Positions 28,945 through 36,180 of a stretch of 64,000 nucleotides of DNA are shown piece after piece. This DNA is from an uncultured Eubacteriales bacterium (GTDB taxonomy: Bacteria; Bacillota; Clostridia; Oscillospirales; CAG-272): NCBI GenBank assembly GCA_934476315.1, contig CAKSNQ010000002.1, positions 4,943-68,942 of the forward strand. Direction: 5' to 3'. The translations under genes were made by a program, and so were the position numbers. Each line of letters begins with the position of its first letter. Within the stretch, counting starts at the first letter, position 1. The notes beneath the pieces were generated by a model. It did no database searches. It was not told the DNA's origin and was given only the letters and a program-made list of their open reading frames with translations.

Positions 28945-28969
28945 CAAGGTGTGTTCCGAGTTACGAACA
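28926..28969. promoter_or_regulatory. candidate operators of the CI/Cro switch
   Basis: Perfect 10-bp palindrome cgtaattacg (28926-28935) inside the promoter spacer. Imperfect 18-bp palindrome tgttccgagttacgaaca (28952-28969). Shared half-site TTACGAA 30 bp apart. Confidence 0.55.
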
Positions 28970-29078
28970 CAAAATATTTTGCACAACGGTAAACAATTCT
29001 ATTTTATCATCAAAAAATAGCATTGTCAACCGATTTTCAACAATTCACAACAAAAAACAAATAAAAAGGAGTGATCAA

Positions 29079-29339
29079 ATGAATGTCCCAGGTCGCAATA
29101 AAATCATTGCAAAGCAGGTACAAATTGCCGAGAACATCCGAATGTTGATGGCAAGGGACCGTATATCGGTGGAACAGCTTGCGCAGTACATCGGGCGGAA
29201 GCCGTCCTACGTGAACATGCGCAAGAATTTCACCAAGTACGGACGCACCTATACCTCCGAAGAGCTATCGGATATTGCACAGCTGTTCCGCGTGCCGCTG
29301 GAAGTCCTGATTTGCGGCAAGCTCCGCCCCGATGATTGA
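29079..29339 (+). CDS. Cro-like HTH protein
   Basis: 86 aa; ISVEQLAQYIGRKPSYVNMRKN HTH; AAGGAG RBS; divergent from the repressor. Confidence 0.75.
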   Translation: MNVPGRNKIIAKQVQIAENIRMLMARDRISVEQLAQYIGRKPSYVNMRKNFTKYGRTYTSEELSDIAQLFRVPLEVLICGKLRPDD

Positions 29340-29360
29340 AAAAGAGAGGAGAAAGAAATC

Positions 29361-29579
29361 ATGACCGACCTGCAAACCCTACATACGCAACTGAAAGAAG
29401 CGATCGCGCACGCCGAGGAACAAACCACCGCATATGGCGCGTATCACCGCCAGCTCCGCCGCGCGGTCAAGGCGGTGGAAAGAGCACAGAAAGCCATGGA
29501 CAAGCTCGAAGAGCTTGGCGCACGCGGCGAAGCGCGCACCGCCTCCATCCCCCACGGAGAGGAGGTGAAAGCGTCATGA
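29361..29579 (+). CDS. small helical hypothetical protein
   Basis: 72 aa; RBS GAGGAGAAAG; coiled-coil-like sequence. Confidence 0.55.
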   Translation: MTDLQTLHTQLKEAIAHAEEQTTAYGAYHRQLRRAVKAVERAQKAMDKLEELGARGEARTASIPHGEEVKAS

Positions 29580-29857
29580 TCAAAGAATATGACATGCTGT
29601 CCCCGGAGCGGCAGAAGCTGCATAAACGGCTTTATGAGGCACTGTGTGACATCCTTTTCGAAACTGTCAACGAGCAGTATTGGAGAACCGCGCAGATGTG
29701 CGCCAAGTACGAGCTGGACATGCGTACCTGTATCAAGTACGAAGTCTATGCCCTGCCGCACGGCGCACATATGCCGTGGCATCGGGAAGTGCTGACAAGT
29801 ATGATCGACTTCTGTGTGGACAACAATGCATTGCTGGAAGGAGAGCTTGAACCGTGA
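29576..29857 (+). CDS. hypothetical protein
   Basis: 93 aa starting MIKEYDMLSPERQ. GAGGAGG RBS; ATGA overlap with the upstream gene. Replaces the N-terminally extended 173-aa track ORF. Confidence 0.55.
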   Translation: MIKEYDMLSPERQKLHKRLYEALCDILFETVNEQYWRTAQMCAKYELDMRTCIKYEVYALPHGAHMPWHREVLTSMIDFCVDNNALLEGELEP

Positions 29858-30255
29858 ATAATCTGTATTTCAAAGACCGTTATTCGGGCGGCACTCTGCG
29901 TGTCGGCTTCAGATTCGGACGCTACATGGCAGACGATAGCCTGTATGTCGGAATGGACTATTTTGACGAAGAACACAAAGAGTGGGAAGCATACTCGGTG
30001 CTCACCGTCTGCCTGTCCGATCAAACGCTGCAGAATCGACGGAATTGCGCGTTTCTGAACACCAATGATGAAGTTTCCCCCGACCAGGTTGACTGGCTCG
30101 TCAGTAACGGATTCGGGAAGCGAACGGGCTACATTGGCACATCCGGCTTCTGTGTTTACCCGGAATTCCGCTTCAACTCGGAAGCCATGCGCCCGTACGC
30201 CATAGACGACGCCGAGTGGCGACGCTGGTGCGCACCGCCGAGCGAAGAATCGTAA
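29854..30255 (+). CDS. hypothetical protein (possibly DUF4313-like)
   Basis: 133 aa; ...AFLNTNDEVSPDQVDWLVSNGFGKRTGYIGTSGFCVYPEF recalls DUF4313 from memory only. Confidence 0.5.
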   Translation: MNNLYFKDRYSGGTLRVGFRFGRYMADDSLYVGMDYFDEEHKEWEAYSVLTVCLSDQTLQNRRNCAFLNTNDEVSPDQVDWLVSNGFGKRTGYIGTSGFCVYPEFRFNSEAMRPYAIDDAEWRRWCAPPSEES

Positions 30256-30299
30256 GCCCTCCGATCGGGGAGGAAAACAGAACGGAAGGAGGGATACGA

Positions 30300-30548
30300 A
30301 TGAGTGCGGATGTTGTGTTGGGCGAGAAGATCAGGGAGAAAGTGATTGAGTGTAGACGCAGCTGTGGCATGAAGCGGAGAGACGTGGTAGCGGCTCTCCA
30401 GCTGTACGGCTTTGAGCTGAGCTATCAGGCATACAAAGAAATTGAACTTGGAATCAGGAAAATCTCTGCACAGGAATTTCTACTGTTGGCGACTATCCTG
30501 CTGATAGACCCCACGGCAATCCTGCCGGAGCGGGCAATTGCAGGGTAA
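30300..30548 (+). CDS. XRE-family HTH protein
   Basis: 82 aa from MSADVVLGEKIRE (GGAAGGAGGG RBS); HTH_3-like ...YKEIELGIRKISAQEFLLLATIL. Confidence 0.7.
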   Translation: MSADVVLGEKIREKVIECRRSCGMKRRDVVAALQLYGFELSYQAYKEIELGIRKISAQEFLLLATILLIDPTAILPERAIAG

Positions 30549-30555
30549 GCCCCCC

Positions 30556-30734
30556 TCCGGGAAGCGTCCCGGAGAGCGTCCCGAGCCGCGTAGCGGCTCC
30601 AAAGTCGCTAAAGGTCGCGCGCGTACGCGCGCGTAGTATTACCTTTAGCGACTTTGTTAAGCGTTAAGAAGCCGAAATTTACCTTGCGTGCCAAGGGAAA
30701 TTTTCTTAACGTGCTTTGTTAAGACTTTGTTAAG
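30556..30734 (+). promoter_or_regulatory. rolling-circle origin: hairpins, stem-loop with TAGTATTAC, GTTAAG iterons
   Basis: Hairpins ctccggga/tcccggag (30556-30575) and gagccgc/gcggctc. 16-bp stem 30600-30615/30641-30656 enclosing (CG)4TA(CG)4 (30616-30633). TAGTATTAC at 30634-30642. GTTAAG at 30656, 30663, 30718 and 30729, plus inverted cttaac at 30705. Confidence 0.8.
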
Positions 30735-30766
30735 AAACCAAATTCGGGAACATCAGGCGGTGATTT

Positions 30767-31981
30767 ATGGCATACACAGCAGCGTCCCGTAGTTGGTTCG
30801 CGGTGTTCAACAACCCCGCAGATCACGGATATCCCGGCGAACCGAACGAGGTGTGCAACCGTCTCATGACAGAGTGGTGCATCACAGACAGCCGCGTGGG
30901 AGCGTGGGCATATTGCGTCAAGCATTACATGGGGTGCTTTCCGGTCTATGACGAGGAAAACGACCCGGAGCACAAAAGCCCTATCAGCTTCCGCCCGGCT
31001 GTTACAGAGGAAGAAAAAGCGCAGGTCCCGCCCGACCTTCACCATATTCACATGGTGCTGGAGGACGATAAACCCATGGGCTTTTCGGTGGTGCGTAAGA
31101 CTTACGCCATCGGGTCACATTTTGAACCGACCCGCGGCACCCGTAAAGACGCCGAGGACTACATATCCAAAACGGGAAAATATGACGAATCAAAGAACCG
31201 GGAGCTGGGACTCCCGTGGGAGGAGGTGTTGTTTGTCGCCCGCCGGGGCGAAATCAGCGGACGCCAGGGGCAACAGAACCAGCTGGAGCAAATCAAATCC
31301 TTGGTAGACTCCGGCATGACCCCGATGCAGATTTTACGCAAGGACGTGCGACTGTACCGCTTTGAATCGGAGATCAAAAAAATCTACTTTGACAAGCGCG
31401 TGCAGGAAACCCCGATGATGCGGGAGGTGCGGGTCTACTGGCATACCGGAGGATCCGGTTCGGGTAAATCCTTTTACCGGAATCACGTCAATGAGGTCTA
31501 CGGTGAAGAAAATGTGTTTTATCTTACCACCTACAACAAGGACCGCATGTGGGACGGCTACGTCGGACAACAGGCGCTTTGGATGGAGGACTTTAAGGGA
31601 GGCATCCCGTTCGGCGACCTCCTCCGGTACCTGGATGTGTATAAAGCGACCCTCCCCGCCCGGTATACCAACGGTGTCGCCGTGTGGAAGCAGGTGGACA
31701 TCACGTCGGTTTACACCCCACAGGGGGTATACCGCAAAATGGTGTCCTCCTCCGAGGAGGGGACCGATACCGTCAAACAGCTCTTACGCCGCATCACGCA
31801 GGTCGTATATCACTATGTCGAGATCGACAAGGACGGCAACAAGCAATATCTGTTCGAGTTCTTCCCCCCGGGGATGACGATGGAGCAGATGGCAAGCACC
31901 GTCAAAAACAAAAAGGCGGCACAGCTTCACGAGAGCGCCAGCTTCACCGAGCTTGGCGCGGAAGATGAGTTGCCGTTCTGA
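30767..31981 (+). CDS. rep: replication initiator: HUH (Y1) endonuclease fused to SF3 helicase (CRESS-DNA-virus/pCRESS-like Rep)
   Basis: Motif I WFAVFNNP, motif II HHIHMVLE, motif III DYISKTG, Walker A GGSGSGKS, Walker B LWMEDFKG, motif C VDITSV. Order and spacing match circovirus-type Rep. Confidence 0.85.
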   Translation: MAYTAASRSWFAVFNNPADHGYPGEPNEVCNRLMTEWCITDSRVGAWAYCVKHYMGCFPVYDEENDPEHKSPISFRPAVTEEEKAQVPPDLHHIHMVLEDDKPMGFSVVRKTYAIGSHFEPTRGTRKDAEDYISKTGKYDESKNRELGLPWEEVLFVARRGEISGRQGQQNQLEQIKSLVDSGMTPMQILRKDVRLYRFESEIKKIYFDKRVQETPMMREVRVYWHTGGSGSGKSFYRNHVNEVYGEENVFYLTTYNKDRMWDGYVGQQALWMEDFKGGIPFGDLLRYLDVYKATLPARYTNGVAVWKQVDITSVYTPQGVYRKMVSSSEEGTDTVKQLLRRITQVVYHYVEIDKDGNKQYLFEFFPPGMTMEQMASTVKNKKAAQLHESASFTELGAEDELPF

Positions 31982-31995
31982 TAGAGAAGAAAGGA

Positions 31996-33165
31996 ATGGG
32001 GATTATGGAATCAATTATCGAGAGAAACAAACGAATCGGTGCGGATGCAAAGCGTGCCGCATTTATGGTGAAGCAACAACAATCATATGAGTTCAAGAAA
32101 AAGTATGCTGCAATTCGCGCCCGAGAGTTTGTGCAAATGTGTGACGAACACGACAAAGAGTATTATGTTTCTGTTGGCGGTTTGGATAGCATTACACTGT
32201 TTTTGTTCTTGCACTCTATCGGAATTCGTTGTCCCGGCGTGTCCGCGTCATACCTTGAAGATCGCGGGAATCAGGCGGTACATAAGACGTTGGGGATTAT
32301 ATCTGTTAGCCCGATTAAACGTGAAAACGGAAAGCCTTGGACAAAATCAGCAGTCATTCAGGAATTCGGTTTTCCTGTTTTGTCAAAAGAAATCGCCGCA
32401 AAAATCGAACTGTTGCAGAATCCAACCGAAAACAATGCAACGGTGAGACATGCGATTATCACAGGAAAAACCGGAGCCTACGGCGGTAACCGCAAAAATT
32501 CAAGAATGAAGCTATCGCAAAAATGGCTTGAAAAGTTCGGCGGTTATGAAAACGAGAATGAAGGCGTGAACTATCAAAAGCCGAACTTCAAAGTTTCCGC
32601 AAAATGCTGTTATTACCTGAAAGAACGTCCATGTGAGCTTTGGGCAAAAGAGCATAACAGCGTTCCCTTCGTCGGTCTTATGGCTTCCGAGGGCGGACGA
32701 CGCGCAAGGGCTTTAATGGTGAACGGGTGTAATTATTGGACAGAGGGGACGCAGAGAAGCGCACCGTTTGCTATCTTCGGAAGGCAAGACATTCTCAGGC
32801 TGGCGCTTGAAATGGATGAATACTATCATGCACATTGGCGCGAATTCGGAGAAGCCGAAATGGATACCATTATTCCGGAAGCATACGGAGCAATAGAAAC
32901 GGACGAAAACGGAAATCTGTACACCACAAAGGCGCAAAGAACAGGTTGTTCCATGTGCGGCTTCGGGATTCACCTGGAAAAGCGTCCGAACCGTTTTGAC
33001 TACCTTTATCAAACAAACCCCAAAGAATGGGATTATCTTATGTTCCGGTGTTGTAAAGACGAGGAAGGAAACGCTTTCGGTTGGGCACGCGTCCTTGATT
33101 ATATTGGTGTTGGCTGGACACCAGAAACCAATCCATTATGTAAAAAAGTGTTTGTAAGATCGTGA
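31996..33165 (+). CDS. PAPS-reductase-family PP-loop ATPase (IbrA/DndC/SspD-like)
   Basis: 389 aa; YVSVGGLDS PP-loop-like motif, C-terminal RTGCSMCGFG cysteine pair. Start may be ATG 32005. Confidence 0.65.
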   Translation: MGIMESIIERNKRIGADAKRAAFMVKQQQSYEFKKKYAAIRAREFVQMCDEHDKEYYVSVGGLDSITLFLFLHSIGIRCPGVSASYLEDRGNQAVHKTLGIISVSPIKRENGKPWTKSAVIQEFGFPVLSKEIAAKIELLQNPTENNATVRHAIITGKTGAYGGNRKNSRMKLSQKWLEKFGGYENENEGVNYQKPNFKVSAKCCYYLKERPCELWAKEHNSVPFVGLMASEGGRRARALMVNGCNYWTEGTQRSAPFAIFGRQDILRLALEMDEYYHAHWREFGEAEMDTIIPEAYGAIETDENGNLYTTKAQRTGCSMCGFGIHLEKRPNRFDYLYQTNPKEWDYLMFRCCKDEEGNAFGWARVLDYIGVGWTPETNPLCKKVFVRS

Positions 33166-33386
33166 TGACCCTCCGCGAAGCGAATGAAGCCGCCGCGAAG
33201 TGCCTGCCGATCGAGCATGGCGGCATCGTATATGTGCGAATCAGCGCGATCGGCTACAAATACCAAAGGGACGGAATTCGCACCCCGTTCGTCCGGCTTG
33301 TGGATCAGTGTGGGCACTGCACCGTAGACGCAAGCCCGGAGAAATGTAAATCGGCAGAAAGGTTCGAAAATGAAAAAGATAAATGA
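33162..33386 (+). CDS. hypothetical protein
   Basis: 74 aa; ATGA overlap with the upstream stop; co-directional operon packing. Confidence 0.45.
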   Translation: MMTLREANEAAAKCLPIEHGGIVYVRISAIGYKYQRDGIRTPFVRLVDQCGHCTVDASPEKCKSAERFENEKDK

Positions 33387-33624
33387 AAAACGCTGTCCTG
33401 CCTATTGCGGAATCACTTGTGTAAACGGGTACTGCCCGAACGCGCTGGACGATATGGACAGGCATTCCGACACCGACGAATACGCCTGTTACCATCTGGA
33501 TAAAAAGCTGTCTTGTAAAGATTGCGGATATTACCGCGGGTGCGAGGACTGCTGTTTTTCCGGAACCGACCTGTGCATAAAAAACAAATTTTCCAAAACA
33601 GAAAGGAATCAAAAGAATGAATAG
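33370..33624 (+). CDS. small cysteine-rich protein
   Basis: 84 aa with 14 Cys (CPAYCGITCVNGYCP ... CKDCGYYRGCEDCCFSGTDLC). Confidence 0.5.
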   Translation: MKKINEKRCPAYCGITCVNGYCPNALDDMDRHSDTDEYACYHLDKKLSCKDCGYYRGCEDCCFSGTDLCIKNKFSKTERNQKNE

Positions 33625-34234
33625 TGAATTCATCGACAGTATCAAAGATATCCTGATGCCCGACGAATCTGCCGCCGCGACCTTACATGAGATTGAAAAA
33701 GCAATCACCGAAGCGGAACGCCTCAGTTTCGAGGGCAAAAAGCCCGGCGATCGTTTCGTATATCGCGGAATCGAATGGGTTATCCTCGGTCGGGAACAGG
33801 GCGGCGTTCTCTGTGTAACGGCGGAACCCATTGAAAGGATGATGTTTGACGAAGATGACAGAAACAACTGGACAGTGTCGTCTTTGAGAAGATATCTGAA
33901 CTCCACATTCCTTGCGAAACTTGACAAGAATGTCCTTTGTAAATTTGTTTCCGGTCTGGTTGCAGACAACGGGGATAAAATGTACGGGACAACAGACGAT
34001 TATGTGGGGTTGTTATCCTGTGATCTGTGCCGTAAATACAGAGATGTTATCCCTCATTACAAAACCTGGATCTGGACTTGCACTCCCTGGGTTTGTGACC
34101 CGATTGGCGCCTATGGTGTGCGCGGTGTCGGTTTGTCTGGAGGGCTGGGCAACAGCGTAGCCAGCATTGCCCACGACGTCGTCCCAGCCTGTATATTCGC
34201 CGATTCCACAGCGACCGAAGAGAAAGGAGAATAA
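33617..34234 (+). CDS. DUF6273-like domain protein
   Basis: 205 aa; IEWVILG...NNWTVSSLRRYLNSTF...VGLLSCDL...WTCTPW...VVPACIF fits my recollection of DUF6273. Confidence 0.55.
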   Translation: MNSEFIDSIKDILMPDESAAATLHEIEKAITEAERLSFEGKKPGDRFVYRGIEWVILGREQGGVLCVTAEPIERMMFDEDDRNNWTVSSLRRYLNSTFLAKLDKNVLCKFVSGLVADNGDKMYGTTDDYVGLLSCDLCRKYRDVIPHYKTWIWTCTPWVCDPIGAYGVRGVGLSGGLGNSVASIAHDVVPACIFADSTATEEKGE

Positions 34235-34237
34235 ACC

Positions 34238-34507
34238 ATGAGTAAAGGTTTGAAGATCGTAATTATCAACGAGGAGACCGGAGAAGTCCGTCTCACCCGA
34301 AACGTTACATCGTTTGTCGCCGCCTATGGAAAGGGCAAAGATAGCCGGAGTATCAGCTTTTTGGACTGCACAGGCGCGCAAGCGGCAAAGACCATTGTAG
34401 CAGTGCAGGAACAGATCGCAAAGCTGTTCCGGAAGCACGCAGGAATGGAAGAAACCGTTGACGCCATTAACCTGGCAAAGAGCATTTATAAGGACGGCGT
34501 GCGATGA
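34238..34507 (+). CDS. hypothetical protein
   Basis: 89 aa; GAGAAAGGAG RBS. Confidence 0.5.
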   Translation: MSKGLKIVIINEETGEVRLTRNVTSFVAAYGKGKDSRSISFLDCTGAQAAKTIVAVQEQIAKLFRKHAGMEETVDAINLAKSIYKDGVR

Positions 34508-34578
34508 AAAATGCTCCATCGCGCGTTAACAAAATAACTCAATAATATTAACACTTTATATACATCTTTTTTCGAAAT

Positions 34579-34621
34579 CGTAGGAAAATCCTACAGTTTT
34601 TTTCCGGGAAAGTGATATAAT
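34579..34621 (+). promoter_or_regulatory. weak terminator hairpin + T7 run followed by an extended -10 promoter (middle/late operon)
   Basis: gtagga-aaa-tcctac then ttttttt (34580-34603). TGaTATAAT at 34613-34621. A-rich leader of about 105 nt before ATG 34729. Confidence 0.4.
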
Positions 34622-34728
34622 ATAAGTGTCGGGGATGGACATCAAATCCATACAGCGCAAGCAATAACAAGAAATTTCAAGAAAAGCAAGGGCAAAACAA
34701 AAATAAAATCAGAAAAGGAGAAGAAACA

Positions 34729-34992
34729 ATGAAAGCAAGAGTTGAAGGAGTCTGTGTAGTTGATAAGGTTAACACCAAAACGGGTGAGATCATGCACATC
34801 CGTCAGGCAAACGTAGTGGTTCTTGACGAGCAAAAGGAAGGTTTGAGAGGGAATGGCGTTGCAGTTCTCAGCTGTAAGTTTGACCCGAGTATTCTGAAAG
34901 ACAAAGCGGTCTATATGTTCGACACGACCCGTACGAATTACAATGGCAAGGTAAAAATCTATGCCGACAGCTTCACCGAAGTCAGGGCATGA
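34729..34992 (+). CDS. 87-aa hypothetical protein (candidate small OB-fold/ssDNA-binding protein, speculative)
   Basis: AAAAGGAG RBS. Beta-rich sequence MKARVEGVCVVDKVNTKTGEIMHIRQANVVVLDEQ... First gene after the late promoter. Confidence 0.5.
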   Translation: MKARVEGVCVVDKVNTKTGEIMHIRQANVVVLDEQKEGLRGNGVAVLSCKFDPSILKDKAVYMFDTTRTNYNGKVKIYADSFTEVRA

Positions 34993-35146
34993 GCCCCGAC
35001 CGCAAGCGAAACCGACCATAGATGTCCGGTGTCCGACATGTCACAAGTTCCTGTGCCGCTACATAGACGAAGGCGGCGAGGAAAAGCCGACCCTGCTGTT
35101 ATGGTGTAAACGATGCCGGGCGCAGGTCACAGTCAAAATTAAATAA
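34961..35146 (+). CDS. Com-like zinc-ribbon protein
   Basis: C-terminal DVRCPTCHKFLCRYIDEGGEEKPTLLLWCKRCRAQVTV matches the Mu Com CxxC...CxxC pattern. Start uncertain (the ORF overlaps the upstream gene by 32 nt). Confidence 0.55.
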   Translation: MPTASPKSGHEPRPQAKPTIDVRCPTCHKFLCRYIDEGGEEKPTLLLWCKRCRAQVTVKIK

Positions 35147-35230
35147 CAAAAACAAACAGAGCCTTTGAGCCGAAATTATAGCCCCCGCGCCGCGGGGACC
35201 TGTAACCACGCCCAAAGGCTTTGTTTTTGT
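35146..35230 (+). other. long-range nested hairpin between Com-like gene and next operon
   Basis: acaaaaacaa + agcctttg (35146-35167) pairs with caaaggct + ttgtttttgt (35213-35230), enclosing a cccc/gggg GC hairpin (35183-35197). Confidence 0.55.
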
Positions 35231-35310
35231 ATTCATGAAAGGCGGTGATTCCGTTGATTGCCTGAAATCAGATCCCCGATCAGAAGTCAATTCAGAGAAA
35301 GGAGGAACAC

Positions 35311-35787
35311 ATGAAAATATTCAAAACGCGCGATGGGAAAGAGTTTCGCAAGTACACTCCCGCCGAGAAAGCGAAGTATTTCGCCGAAAAGCTCAAACGG
35401 GACAACGGGCACAGACTCCGCAAGACGCAGGTTGCGTATTATTCCGGCTACCTGAAAGCCCGGCGCGACAGCGCCGACGCCTACAACTACAACGTAGCCA
35501 AGAGAAGCGGCACCCTGGAGCAGTATTATGCGAAGCGCCGGGCGCGGAGCCTTGCCGAGCAGGAGGCGCGCAGGAAGCACCAGCACCGCGAGATCGGTCC
35601 GGGAGTCAGCTTTGATGTTGACGACTTCTTCAACGCCGCCTTAAAGAGGACTTACGGCGACGACTATATCCCGGTCAAAACGGGAGAGCGTTCTCGTCCG
35701 GGAGGACCCGCCAGGAGCTTTGATGTCGATGAATTTTTCAATGACGCCTTAAAGAAATCTATGGGCGACGCCTATATCCCGGTATGA
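35311..35787 (+). CDS. basic protein with duplicated C-terminal SFDVD-FFN-ALK...YIPV motif
   Basis: 158 aa; GAAAGGAGG RBS; K/R-rich N-terminal half; two 23-aa repeats at the C-terminus. Confidence 0.6.
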   Translation: MKIFKTRDGKEFRKYTPAEKAKYFAEKLKRDNGHRLRKTQVAYYSGYLKARRDSADAYNYNVAKRSGTLEQYYAKRRARSLAEQEARRKHQHREIGPGVSFDVDDFFNAALKRTYGDDYIPVKTGERSRPGGPARSFDVDEFFNDALKKSMGDAYIPV

Positions 35788-35865
35788 GCGGAAAACCGTT
35801 TGTGACCGGGGAGGACCCGGCAAGAGCCTTGATGAAATTCAGCAAAGCGGAAAGGAGGAATCGAA

Positions 35866-36165
35866 ATGGGTCTTTTCGGAATCGGAAAGCGCAAGGACAA
35901 CATGGATTTTTATGTGAACTCGCGTAAGAATCTGTTGCAGGACCTCGCAAACGATGATTACCAGCGCTGTGTTACATCCCTGACCAGCGGTCGGCAGGTC
36001 CGACGAGACGGAAGTCTCGGACGTAAGCTGAACCGCGAGGAGCAGGGGCACTGCACCGGCTTCATCAAAGGATGGAACGCCCTCCAGAAGAAACTACTCG
36101 CCGAGCAAGCGAGAAAGGAAGCGATGGAGTCCCGGGAAAGAAATTACCGTATGCGCAGGTATTAA
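35866..36165 (+). CDS. hypothetical protein
   Basis: 99 aa; GGAAAGGAGG RBS. Confidence 0.55.
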   Translation: MGLFGIGKRKDNMDFYVNSRKNLLQDLANDDYQRCVTSLTSGRQVRRDGSLGRKLNREEQGHCTGFIKGWNALQKKLLAEQARKEAMESRERNYRMRRY

Positions 36166-36180
36166 GAGCGCGGAATCTTT

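Noticed and set aside
29336-29857. 173-aa track ORF spanning two small early genes.
   Set aside because: Its N-terminal half is Arg/Pro-rich and out of frame with the RBS-supported 72-aa gene (29361-29579). Only the part from ATG 29576, which follows GAGGAGG, is retained.
33241-33969. 242-aa minus-strand ORF inside the element's early region.
   Set aside because: It is antisense to three tightly packed + strand genes, with no RBS. All other genes from 29079 to 44911 are on the + strand.
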